A stretch of DNA of 63,764 nt, counting the filler, from Gonapodya sp. JEL0774 (taxonomy: Eukaryota): the NCBI GenBank assembly GCA_027604505.1. It is 3 parts of 3 records of this genome, joined end to end, with 100 filler letters (N's around TTAATTAATTAA, not from the genome) between each part and the next. Parts side by side here need not be neighbours in the genome. Positions count along the whole stretch, not along the records: positions 21,604 to 43,087 come from JADIIX010000245.1; 2 more parts are not named here. One strand, given 5' to 3'. The position numbers and the translations under genes are program-made. The notes under the pieces were generated by a model. The model was given only the letters and a program-made list of their open reading frames with translations. It made no database searches and was not told where the DNA came from. This document shows, in pieces, positions 23,263-36,260 of the stretch; the stretch's first letter is position 1, and each line of letters begins with the position of its first letter.

Positions 23263-23810
23263 AAATTTGAAACCAATCCTCTCCAAGTGTCCGACCTGTT
23301 GAAAGCCGTTCTTCCCATGGAGCTCTTTTGAGCCAGTGTCTGCCGTTCCAATGACAGCCACCATTTGTCTGTACTGTACTACCCCAACTTTCCACACGTC
23401 GATATCAATCGACGTAGAAGGAGTGATCCCAGACCCTTTCTTTGGTGATCGCGGTGAACATACACCGAGTTCTCAACAGTATACCTGTACCCAAACCGGG
23501 GGCGGTACTGTGCGCAGGCTTATATTCTGTTCGGGACTCGCTAATAAAATTCAACAAGAGCGACAATCGACCAACTCACAGACGATGCATAGCAATATCC
23601 AACTATGATCTCCACCTCACCGTCTCCAAACGTAGCCACATACCATGGAAACCTGCCGTCCAGAACCTTTTTCACGCGGTCCTTCAGCTCCCCCAGTGGC
23701 GGTTCGTCGCACTCCCAGGTCGCCGTACCGGTCCGTACTTCAAACGAGTATATGGAATGGATTGCGTCCAATTTAGTAGAAAGATTGATTGGGCGGATGT
23801 GATAGGTCAT
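23263..23810 (-). CDS. GNAT acetyltransferase, phosphinothricin acetyltransferase (Pat/YncA)-like; apparent 8-nt insertion, possibly a pseudogene
   Basis: IYSFEVRTGTATWE, VGYCYAS|YRPRFGYRYTVENSVYVHRDHQRKGLG and YRQMVAVIG..SKELHGKNGFQQVG..IGFKF. In-frame TAG at 23379-23381. Confidence 0.8.
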
Positions 23811-23948
23811 TGTGTTGGGTGGAGGATGTGGGCTGATTTTCGGGTTGAGTGAACGTTCAAAAACTTGCGTTCCACAGAGTTGGTGGAGGACAAACTGGAC
23901 ACAGTCAGTCACCCAAGCTATTTTTCCTTGTCTCTCTCTGCTGCAGAC

Positions 23949-25485
23949 ATGGACGCTGAAGCAGACGAAGATGCTCTCCAGTCCCCTCGTCGCGGTTCAA
24001 ACTCGCGGAAGCGCTCCTTCTCGGCTGACATCTCGAGTGGAGCTCCTGGTGAAGGCCCCTTCTCAGATCCCGCGTCTGAGCGCTATTTCAAGGCATCCAA
24101 GATGACCAACAATACGATCACTCTCGGCTGTTACCTGCTTGGCGAAAACGTGACTTTTGTAGTCTCCGTAGATCCCTCAGCGACGGTGAATTCTCTCAAG
24201 AAGGCCATCAAGGCAGAGCTCTCGCAAACATTGTCAATCGTTGATGCGAGCATGTTAAGCCTGTGGAAAGTCAACGTCCCCTACACTGCGAGGGGTTCCA
24301 TCAAGGAATTGACATTGAAAGAAGAGGAAGCGATGGAGCCTTTGGAAGACGTGTCCTCTTACTTTCAGTCTCCCCTTCCACCCAAGCACATTCATCTTGT
24401 TGTCCGCCGGCCGCTCGGTGTGTTTCATTGTGTCTAGCCTTGCCGTGGAACATTGTCTATTCTCACCAAAATACTCCGACCAGCGCACATATGGGACGTC
24501 GAGGAATTCTACTCCGCTTCCGAGGACGATATCATCTCTAAGCGTCTGTCTACAGCCTTCCCCATAGATAATGGACATATTCCACTCAGCATTATACAAA
24601 ACATGCTCGCACAACCGTTACCGCTGCGTCTACCTGTAACTTTTGAGCCACCGGAAGCAGTGAAGAGGTTCACGCAGAAATTTATGCCCAACCCAAAGCA
24701 ATCCGCGGACGGTGACTTTTGGCCGCACTTAATCAAAGATGTCTGCTCAGTAAGGTTGATTGAGGCTCAAGGATCCTCCGAGATGACCGGTATGTCGCGG
24801 TACAATAGGAGTTTGGATGAAAAGTACATACAATCACTGATCCCACCATGTACAGGTGTGCGTTTGTGGGATTCTGTAACCACTGACGTACTGCGACACT
24901 TAGGGCGCTCATGTGGTCTGATAACAGAATCGGACCGAAATGTTGTTGACACAACTACCACGTCCCAGCCGGGGTATCGCATCCTACCTGACAGTCTCTT
25001 CTATCTCGAAAGCGTCTTGATGCTCAAGGGCGAAGAGAAGAAAGAGCGCCTCATCAACAGTGCAACGAACGATTTGATGACCAAAGCCAGGTCACTCACA
25101 CCATTATTTTACGGGCACATACAAACGATGTTTGCGTATGCCGCAGATTTCCACACCATTCGGTAGGGCTATTTTTTTTTTGNNNNNNNNNNNNNNNNNN
25201 NNNNNNNNNNNNNNNNNNNNNNNNNNNNNNNNNNNNNNNNNNNNNNNNNNNNNNNNNNNNNNNNNNNNNNNNNNTAGGTACGTTCCACAGAGCAGGATCG
25301 CGGGCGCACCAGTTGAGTACACGTATGGCTGTGATTTATGGATGGTCGGCAAGATGATGCAGGATTTGACACTTTGGAGGACTTCCAGTGAATTTGCGCA
25401 GTTCGGCTTGCGCCTGCAGCAAGTAATGCACGAAAATGACCAAATGATTGCTGCAATGTTCCTGGATGATGATTTTCTAAGATAA
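23949..25485 (+). CDS. Crinkler (CRN)-like protein: N-terminal ubiquitin-like CRN domain, PD-(D/E)XK-like domain, possible kinase-like tail (gap inside)
   Basis: ITLGCYLLGE..FVVSV..LKKAIK..LSLWKV..HIHLVVRRP is the CRN N-terminal signature. Intron 24418..24483. ILPDSLF..KGEEK follows, and DLWMVGKMM lies after the gap. Confidence 0.78.
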
Positions 25486-28400
25486 TGAACTTCTCTTTAG
25501 CATGTTTGCAAGCCTGAACATTGTAGTTCGTAGTTCTTTGTATTCATGATTGTACCGCAAAACAGTGGTTTCAAAGTCCGTCCGAATAGAATTCCCAATA
25601 AGGTCGTCCGAATGCCTCCGAGTCACCATGATGGGGGCGGAGGGGGGGAGTGGTGAGAGACAAGGAAAAGGAGCGGGGTGTGGAGGTGAGGAGGAGAAGG
25701 AAAACTACATCGCGGAGTCCGTGAGCCACGCGCTCAGTCAGCCCCAAGCGCGGTCATCTTGCTGCATACCAGGGTGCCGACAACTTTATCGCAAATTCCC
25801 GTCCTATGACCTGTGGTCATTCCAAACGTACTGCATCCTTACTGCGATGTCCACTGTCCAAAGTCTACTGCCCTCTATCTCGACCTGCGGACACGGGCTT
25901 TGAATCTAAGTCCGTCCTCCTTCGGGCATCCCGCAATCACCTTGGGCTAGCTCCGGGCGAGCATGTGCAGCCTTGCCTGTCCCTTCACCACAATCTACTA
26001 GTTCCCTCTACCCACGGAAGGCGCGACATGGCCGATTACTTCAATGGGAATGCCGTTCTGTGCTCATTCCAAACAACATCCTTACTCTGCTGTCCACTGT
26101 CCCCCGTCCCCCGTTCTTGTATCTGATCCTTCACTGTATCCTGACCCGCGGACGTGAGCTTTGAATCCAAGCCTGTCCTCCACCAGGGATCTCGCACTCA
26201 CCTTTGGTTCCAAGCGAAAGTGTGTAACAGCGCCTGCACCTTCACCTCGACGTAGAAGTTCCCTAGCCACGGTCAGCGCGGAAATGTTCGGTCGAGGAGA
26301 AGGTTCGGTGGGGGTGGGCGAGAGGGGAGGGAACGAGAGGTGGCGAGACAGTTAGGAAGAAGGAGTTGCTGCTACGATGTGTGCGGGGAAAGTGTTGAAC
26401 GGATTTGACTCACCTGCCACCCGAACCATGGCGGCCTGAGCCATCCACTCCACGACCTAGCAGTCCCGACACGTTGGATAGACGGGGACCTTCGGTCGAG
26501 GAATCGGTGTTTCGGTGCTCCTTTGACGACTCGCGAAATCAGCCTTGATGGGGTGGCCGGAAAGGGACAAGTGACGGATGCGATAGGGAAATGGGGAGGA
26601 TGGAGAAGGGGAAAGGAGCGGCAATATAAGAAGCTGAGTACGAAGGGATTGTGATGCTCGACCCCAGGTCATTCGTTTACCGGACGCACCTTCACCACCT
26701 GGTTGTGAACTTGCGCTGCTCTGCGAACGCTTCTGGTCCGGTTCTACCACAACGGTCCGCTCGTCCGCCGTCCTCGTCAAGCGAATTACCACTTGACTCA
26801 CTGGCACGACTGTTGGCTGTGCCCGCACGCAATAACCCGACGCCGCTGTTGGATATCGCTGAGCCCACTTGCTTGCATCGTCTCGACCCGTGTTACCGTC
26901 TGCCGACACACCTTGAATGGGGTGCTCCCCGCGATGACTTCCCGCAGTACCGTCCACTGCAGAGTTCCCTCGTCCGTCATGATCCATATGGATCCCAAAT
27001 TGTGAACGTAATCTGAATTCAATAATCCCTGCAGAGGATCGTCGGCTCACTCGCTCCCGCCCTCGCTATTCTACCCGACATCCTACAGGTGCCGAGACGC
27101 ACCTGCCGCACCTCGTCAACCTAGTAGCAGCCAACAAAAACGACGCGTAGTGAAGTTTGCTTGAGAAGTAATTGGGTCGGGAATCTGTGCGCGCTGTGGA
27201 GACGGGGGAGAGGAAACGACACACGTGGTGTCACAGGATATTTAACATGCGTGGACACGTGCGACTTACCCAGCTATTTGGAGAAAAGGTTGAAGCCGCG
27301 AAGATCATGGCGATACATTTGCTGGGTTCGAGTGCGGGAACATCGGTTTCGTGGGGACGGAGGGGAACGGGTGAGTGAAGGTTGGCAGTGAAGAGCGGTC
27401 TGAGAGGGGAAGGAGGGAAAGGAACAAGAAAACACAAAGAAGCTCGCACACATCATATATAATACGTACCAAGGCGACGGAGTATGTGTTCGTGTCTTGT
27501 CTGGTTTGGCAGACTCTTTTTGGGTTCAAGTGGAGGGCGGCAGGCGATAAGCTGGTTAGGGTAAGAACAGCCAGAGAACAGAAACAACATGAGCAGAGTA
27601 CATGGATGAGTTTAGGGGTAAACGGGGCGTTGAAACGATAGTCAGTTCGCGATAACTCGCATGATTGAGCCCGTCGCACCTATTGATCCGAGAGTCTCGT
27701 TACCTAAGATTTCCTGGGCAGCGATAACATATTAATAAAGGCGTTGCTAGCACGTGGAAAATGGGAAGGAGTATGATGTAGGCGAGTTCCGAGAGGATTG
27801 AGGTGAGCCAGCATAAACTATACTACAAAGAGAGGACACAAGTGACGCGATGCTCGATCGCATAAGTGCATGAGCGATCCATTCCGGCGTACTGTCCCGG
27901 CAACCTTTCCGGGACTCGCGTTCCCTGAACACGCGGTCACCCACTCACCACGCTCACGATATCCAACTGAAAGCCTCGCGGCCGATCAATACATTCTTCA
28001 ATCTTGATAGCGGCATTCCCGGCGATACGATGTCAGACGGGTCTGGTCTGATAGAGTAAGCTTGAGTGGTAGGGAAACGGGATTGGAACAGAATGAAGCA
28101 CAGAGGTACCAGAAGGGAACGGGAAGTCGGAGCCAAAGGGGGAACATTTGTTGGGTGTTGAGAGTGCTGGAGGAGAGAAGGGAAGAGTGGGGAATGCAGG
28201 AAGTTGAAGTGCTGTCGGTTGGACGGGAGGCCACAGCATCCGAAGCATCCACATGCAGCGGTGCTTATGGGCACCGGCGGCGACAAGTGGAATTGAAATA
28301 AATATTAAAAAGACGAGAGCAGAAGGAGAGGGGGGCGAGCGGGAAGGAGGGCACAGTACGGGGGGAATCATTGCGGTGGACATTACAACTTGAAAGCTTA

Positions 28401-29439
28401 AGGAGTTCTGAGCGAAGTATCCAGACGTGATGCTAAACAAATCGAACAGCACTTACGGTCGTAGACAATTCCCCCCGCCTGCATCGCGTTGAACTCACTT
28501 CTCACGTCACCGTCCGTCACCGTCCGTCCGTTCATCCACTATACTCGATCCAGTCCGACCTAATGGTGCCCCAATCATAGTTCAGATAGGCAGTATTGGT
28601 GGAGTAGATCGTGGGTATGTTGCCGGCGGGGGGAGGGGGAGGGGGGGGAGGGGGGGGGGGGGAAAGGGAAGGCAATGGGAATGTCGGGAGAGGATGAAGG
28701 GGCCAACTTGTGTTGACGATACAAGCGGCCGACCGTCCTAAAGAACAGAATTTTGACTCCGTGTGTTCAAAACGAGCCACGCTTTGCAGTTCAATCGTCG
28801 TTGAAATTCAGGAAGGTGGAGCAAAACCTTGACTTGTGTGAGAGGAGTGTACAAGGGGACGGCCTTCCACCGCCGGCGCTTGTGCAAAGGAACCGAGACG
28901 GGAAATTTATAGAGAATGAATGTTCGTAAAAGCCATTGTAAGGCTGAATTGTTTGTGCGGACTCACATGCGAGAGTCCGTGATCTGTGTCGTCCCAAACA
29001 TCTGACCGCAACCGATCCTGACCCCGTCCTCGTTCGACGGACCAAAACCTGCCGGTGATACAGCTGTCTCTTCACTCGGACCTAGTGTCCGCAAAAGGAT
29101 ATGGAGACTTGTGTGCGGTTCCTGGGTGACGGGTCGTGGAAGAGACCGTGAAATGGGTACCTTCCTGCCGTCACGCACGAGGGTTGGCACCAGAAAAAGG
29201 CCCTTTCCGCACGGTCGTCATGACGCTTACTCCGAATGGGGACGCGACTGTACACTGGAGCACGTATCAAATGCTTACGATCAAGTGAGATCCGAGTCGT
29301 TGAAATAGCACAAGTTTGATAGAGTACGAGGGCGGGGATGGTCTCCGTCATGCAGGACGAAAGAAGATGAGGAACAAGTGACAACGGCTGACATGGAACT
29401 CTGCGCCGAGAAGCGGGGAGTGAAGCACCCGCTTGTCGG

Positions 29440-29560
29440 CGCAGAGTTCCAAGCCATCCACAGGCTCGGTGTCATCCGGTATCTTTCATTTGCATCCTCA
29501 ATTTTTGCGAGATAGCCCATGGCGTCTCCGTTCTCCATAAATGGGGAGAGGAATTGCCAT
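29440..29560 (-). pseudogene. Degenerate protein-kinase exon fragment
   Basis: FLSPFMENGDAMGYL resembles the hinge segments of the two kinases in this window (FISPIMENKD, MVSPLMENGD). No intact flanking kinase motifs were found. Confidence 0.4.
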
Positions 29561-31467
29561 TCTATGCCGGTCGTTATAATACCGTAGAGGCGAATGCTTC
29601 GACGATTGTTTCCGTCGCGCGCCCCTCGCGGGTCACCGCCTCCCGAACACCGAACCCCTATTCATCGTCACGCCCACAGCACGCCGCCCACCCATCCCTG
29701 AAAACTCACCGTTTACCTTCCACCGTCAAACTCTCTGACCTCAAATCCCTCCTGACGCAAACCTGCCGCCGGTGCACCCGACGCTCCTTTGCCACCTCGT
29801 ATACGTACGCGCGCCCTCCGGCAGCCGGCAACTTCACCGTCACAATTGCAGCTCTTGCTCATAGAAATTGGACCACTCGAGTTTGGGTGGGTGGGCCCTC
29901 ACTGACGAGAATGCGCGGCTGGTACCTGTCTGGTTGCTCGCAGACTGCCTCTGTGTTTTGATTCTTCACCCACGCCCTACCCGCGCCCACGTCCATCGTC
30001 GGATTCCACGGGATTGATTGACATCCACGAAGACGACTCGGAGGAGGGAGAAGACGACCGTGTGAGCACTGTCTCGCGGAGCAAGTTGTAGTGGTGTGTG
30101 GACCGGTCGATTCCGATCTGAGGCGCGTAATAGATAAACCGCGTGTCGAGCAGTTATCGCTGCTTCGACCCTCGCACACTCCCAAGTCACTTGACGCGGG
30201 GTGACGAAAGTGGGGCTCGACTCGTGCCGGTGCAGCATCTTGACGGGCGGAGTGACACGGTGCCTGACAAACGAGAGCGCGACGGGGAGAAGAGTGTGAG
30301 GCAAAGCGGAGAGAGATCCGCTTCGGCGGGAGTGAAGCAAGCCCATTCTTGACTGTGGCCTGTAGGCTGGCCGCAGCCGCTGTCGGCTGAATCCGGACCG
30401 TGGTTTACCCGAAGCTCGCACACTGGCCAGCGGCGGCACGTGATGACGGGTCAGCTGGCCGCACATTTGTCTGGTCCGGATTGGCCATTGCGGAGGTGCA
30501 TGAGCTCTCGAGTCTGGATCGGCCCATGACGAGCACAGGAGCCTGGAATGAGAAGGCATGCAGATGACAAGACTGGGCTGCAGATCCTGTCGTGGGGAAA
30601 AACGGAATCGGTCGGAGTTTGGGGTTAGGGGAGTCGAACCCAGACAGACCAAGCGCTGTGTGGTCCTCATCACGTGGGACCGAGATTTTGACATCCCAAT
30701 ATTTAACATTCTCATAGCTGAAATTACAGTTGAATTCGGAGTAGATTTGGAGGAGTAGAAGTGCAACAAGATGTTGCAGACAGCTTGAGTCATGCGGACT
30801 TAAGGTTCAGGGTGGACAGTGATGTCATATAATGGCTGGGTGTGGTGGGGGGAATCATCGAATACCATTCAAAGAAAAGGCGAGAAGAAAATGAGGAAAA
30901 GGGACAAAGGAACGAAGTATATCCATCCTACGATGCACCATTCACTCGGGAAACGTCCTGAGGGGTCACCACGAGCAAGAAGCGTGCTCGTTGAACAGTG
31001 ATTACGTGGTTCTTGACTAAACTTCTTCCGCCCTGTAAAACGAACGCCCAGAAGGGCAAACAAGTATATTCGTCGCCGCGCAACTAGTTCTGCGTCTTCA
31101 TACGTGGATCTAGATTCTTCTGGCCTGCTTCATACCCCGGGTGTCAGACTCATCACAATCACCGAATTCTTCTTCCACCTTCAACAGATCCCCCGATTCG
31201 GACTCTGTTCTTTTCTTCTTTTCTTCCTTGAAAATGGTCAGGGCCGAGGGCTGAAGGCTGAGCTTTGGACATCTCTTATCTTGCGCCTATCAAACCGCCA
31301 AGGCCAGGTGCCTGGTGCCAACCACCAATCTCGTCAGTCACCAATCTCGCACTATTCATAAGCTTGAACGAAAGGAAAAAACAACCCCGCAGTCAATTCT
31401 CATTCATCGCCTGATCGAATTCGCTCTCCCCATCCCCCTCGCAAATCGCACGCACGCACGCACCAGA

Positions 31468-34400
31468 ATGGCCCAGTCGGCGCATATTGCGTTCGCAACG
31501 AGCACCGCCGCAGAACACGAGGTCAGCGATCCAGAGCAATCAGCGCTACTCAAGGGCTCTCTCACCAACGAGATTTCCCGGGGCCGTGATGCATCATGGC
31601 CGACCTCTCCATCCAAGTCTGCAGCCGTCGACTCGGACTTGCCGATCAAGTGAGTGTCCTCATGTCCTCCTGTCCGGCTCATGCTCATGCTCATTGGTAC
31701 CCTTCTTGTGACGTTTGCGCACGCACTACCCTCACTTCCTTCCTTCCCGCAGCTTCCGGACCCTCAGCATCCACATCACCGAGGAAGAGATCAAGGCCAA
31801 ACTCGGGCAGCCAGGCGCCCGCGAAACCCGGCCGTGGCTCACCGACTACACGCACCACCTGATCCCCCCAAACGAGTGCTTCACCCGGTTTGGAACCCAC
31901 CCGACCATTGGCCTCGAGGCGCCCGGCGTGGCCATGAGGAAGGAGCGCGACGGCCCCAACAGGATCACGGCCCCGCCCAACCGCTACTGGAGGAAACTGC
32001 TCGGATACGTCTTTGGCGGCTTTTGCGCGCTCATGTGGTTGGCAGCGATCATTGCTTTTGTGAGTACTCCGTACCTAAGCGCCGCCAGGCGCTGACCGAA
32101 GCTGTCCACCCAACGCAAATGATCTGTGTGAAACGCGAATGGCGAAGCGGATTTCTTTTTTTCTGTTTACTGCCCGAATCTGATCCCACTCAATGACATG
32201 ATTCCATTCCATGCAGATATCGTACGAACCGCTCGGGGGCGACAATCCTTCCACGGTCAACTTGTACAGTGAGTTCTTCCTTCTTCTCTCCTTCTCTCTC
32301 TCACATCTCGCTCGTCGCTCATCACTCATTGCTCCCTATACACTACCAATGCCCCCGTGACACTCACCATCAGTCGGTATCTTCCTCCTCGTCGTCATCG
32401 CAGTGCAGTCCAGCTTCTACGCGTACCAAGACTGGAACTCGAGCAAGATCATGAACTCGATCAGGAACCTCATGGCCGAATCTGCCACCGTGTCGCGGGA
32501 CGGGACCAAAGTGCAGATTCCGGCCGTCGAACTGTGCAAGGGCGATCTCATCCATTTGACACTTGGTTGGTTGTTTTGTTGAATTTTCCGTGTGTGTCTG
32601 CGTGTCTCGGTGTAATAGATCACACGCGTCATCACTTCTCGTCAGGGGACCGCGTTCCCGCCGACGTTCGGCTCGTTGAAGTGTCCTCCGACCTCAAGTT
32701 TGACAGAAGTCTCCTCACTGGTGAAAGGTACCAGACTGTTTCCGCCTTTACCGCTTTGTGCAGCCACTGACAAGAGACGCGTGGCACGCCACAGTCTTCC
32801 CGTCTCCGGCGCAGTGAACTACACCGACAAGAACGTTCTCGAAACGCGCAACATCGCCCTGTCTGGAACTTTCGTCCTCCAGGGGAGCGCGTCGGGGATC
32901 GTTGTGGCCATTGGTACGTGAGATGCGTCCTGCGCCGTCACTTTGTTTGCATGATATTTCTGAACAACGTCGTGCTTGCTGATCTGATCATCCGCCTTAG
33001 GTGACGGAACCGTGATGTCGCATATCGCACACATGGCGACGTCCCGCAAGGAATCCATGACGACCCTTCAGCGCGAGATCTGGTGGTTCACCGTCATCAT
33101 TTCCGGGATCGCAATCGTGCTCTTCTGCCTCACCCTCATCGTCTGGGCGGCGTGGCTTCGCGTGGACTACCCAGATTTTGAAACCGTCAGCGTTGCGATT
33201 CTTAACTCGCTTGGGATTCTGACCTCGTTTATACCTCAAGGTGAGGGCGCGCGCAAGTCTCTTGCGGTTAGGGGCGGAGCGCTTTCTGTGGCGACACACT
33301 TTAACTATTCCTTTTCTCCTTTCTCGCAGGTCTCCCGATCGCAATGACGTTGGGACTGACTCTCATTGCGAAACGCATGGCTCGACGACAATTGTTGGTG
33401 AAAAGCCTGACCACGGTTGAAACTCTTGGCTGTGTTTCTGTTGTGTGTTCGGACAAAACCGGGACATTGACCATGGGGAAGATGGTACGATCCAAATTCC
33501 ACACTCGCGTCGGCCGTCTTTGACATGTTCTGTTTTCTGTGATCCTTCAGTTTGTGCAAAAGTGCTCGTTTTTGGACAAAGAGTACGACGACATCAACGC
33601 GATTCCCGAGGGACCTGGCAAAGCCGCGCTTCACGAAGCCTCCGCACTGTGCGTCGCTGCAAGTTTCGACGGCGACACCTCGACTCTCCCGCTCAAAGAC
33701 CGCAAGATTCTGGGCGACCCCACCGACGCTGCAGTTTTGCGGTTCTCCGAGACTCTTGCATCGACTGCAGAAACGAAAGACAAGTTTCACAATGTGTTTT
33801 CAATCCCATTCAATAGCAAGAACAAGTGGATGCTGAACATCAACAAGGATAACGACGGCGTACACATGATGTATGTCATAGGTAAATCAGTAGCAAGCGG
33901 TTCTCTGGCATGAAACCAGTCCATGCAACTCTTTGCCATTGTTAGGGGCGCCTGATATTTTGATCGACCGCTGCACATCAGTCTTGAGATCGAATGGCGC
34001 GTCCGAACCTCTGGATCTTCGCCAGCGAGAGCAGATCTCGAAAGTTCAGGAGAGTTGGAGCGCCTCGGGCGACCGGGTGCTCGCGCTGTGCCGCAGGTCC
34101 CTCCAGGACATCACCATGCCATTTAACTACCCTAACTTGATGGAAACAGCGGCTCAGAAGGAGCTTCAAAGTCTTACTCTTGTTGGCCTGCTTGGTGAGC
34201 TTTCGTTTTGAAGTTTACTTCCAGAACATTGGTCTAAGCCTTTCAACAGGCATCATAGACCCTCCACGGCCTGAAATCAAGGAATGTGTCTCGCAGATGC
34301 GCAAAGCAGGAGTGCGTGTATTCATGGTAAGTGGCATCGCCCCGAACTTTTCTTCCTCTGAGCTGGCCATCACATTGTTACCTCATCTATCAGGTCACTG

Positions 34401-36260
34401 GTGACTTCCGCTTGACAGCTGTTGCAATTGCCAAACAAGTCGGCATCGTTACGAATGAACGGATTGACACACTTGAGAATCTCCGAAATGGCAGCGTGGG
34501 CACGAAAGCAGTCGCGGAGATGGACAGCCAGCACCACGTGCATTTTCCAGCTGACGATGTTGCGCTCGAACAAATTGAGCGGGACAAAACTGATCGGACA
34601 CTAGTGGTAGACGGATCGGAACTTGCGACCATGACCGCGAGTGAATGGGACACCGTCGAGTCCCGCTACACGGAGGTTGTTTTTGCGAGGACTATGCCGG
34701 TACGTTTGGGCATTGGCTATCACTCTTATGTACAGCGTAAGAGCGCTTTGCTCATACACCTCGTTAACTTTTAGGACCAGAAACTGCGCATCGTCGAAGA
34801 GATCAAGAAGCGCGGTGATAATACTGTCGCTGTTACTGGAGATGGTGTGAATGACGCTCCCGCTCTCAAAGGTATTTATTGTCTACACTGTTTGAGGATG
34901 TATATTCCATTGCTAATGCGAGTCTTTCTCAGCCGCTGACGTTGGCGTTGCAATGGGTTCGGGCTCCGATGTTGCGAAAGAGGCAGCTGCAATGGTTCTG
35001 CTCAACAGCGACTTCACTGGAATTTTGGCTGCCATCGAAAGTGGCCGGCTTGTGTTTGACAATCTCCGGAAGGTGGTTCTTTGTAAGTGCATCAACTGCA
35101 TCCGATTGAGCGTTATCACCATCGAGTGTCTCATCACGCAACCAAAGTCCAAATGCCGATGGGTACCTACACCGAATTTTGGACTGTGATTTTCAACGTA
35201 TTTTTTGGCACACCACCAGTTTTGAGCTCGTTCTTGATGGGTAAGTCTGTCGAAAAACTTTGTTAGCGTAACCCACTGGCCATTCACACCATCGCAAAGT
35301 CATTTTCTGCGTCTCGAACGACATTTTGTTGTCTCTTTCCCTGATGTACGAGAAACCGGAGGAAGGTTTGTTCCAGTCGTTCAGCGAAAAGCTCTCGGAT
35401 CTGAAGCGTATCACCTCCTTGCTCCACCAATCCAGATCTCATGACACGAAAGCCTCGCAATGCGAAGAAGGATCGTCTCGCAAACTGGAAGTTTTTTGTC
35501 ATGATTTACGGCCTGCTTGGGAACCTTTTGTGGTAAGCAAGAATGCTTCCTTCTTCTTGCTTTTCTGCCACAGGCAGTAATCGTCAAACTATCGTGGCTG
35601 CAGGCCATGCTGCTTTGGAATGGCATTAATGTACCTGAATGTGAGACCATGCAATATCTTGGACCCTAATTGTCAACTAATGGATCATCATTCGCAACAG
35701 GAAACAGCGGGGATTGGCATTCGCGATCTCGTATTTGCCTTTGACAAGTGGCAAGATGGCTATTTGGGCTATTCAATTGAAGATCTGAGCAACTTCAATT
35801 CAGTTGCGCAGTGCATTTAGTGAGTTCTTTTTGAACGTGCAATAGGTGGTCGAAGATCTCACCCATGCACGCAATAGCTATGTTACGATGGTCATCACGC
35901 AATTTGGCGTTCTTCTGTCTGTGCGCACTCGGCGCAACTCAATCCTGTCCGCCAATCCGCTCTGGGGCCCACGCCAGAATCTTAGACTCTTTGGTGCTAT
36001 GGCTGTTTCAATCCTCTGGGCTCTCGCATGGCTCTACGGACCAGGAATCCAGTTCGCGTTTGGGACAACCCCGGTTCCCGTAAAGTACTGGTTCATACCG
36101 TTTGGATTCGCACTGGGAATTCTGGTGTTGGATGAAGCTCGGAAGCTTGTTGTCAGAACTTACCCTAAGGTAAAGACGCCCATGAATAACCAAAACAAGG
36201 TTTTCGTCTTGTGACACGTCTTTCTCCCAACAGAGTATTGTGGCCAAAGTGGCATGGTAA
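31468..36260 (+). CDS. P-type cation ATPase, Na+/K+-ATPase-like (type IIC / fungal ACU-like), multi-exon
   Basis: [51 protein letters not shown] and [12 protein letters not shown] motifs. The protein ends KVAW* at 36260. Confidence 0.93.
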
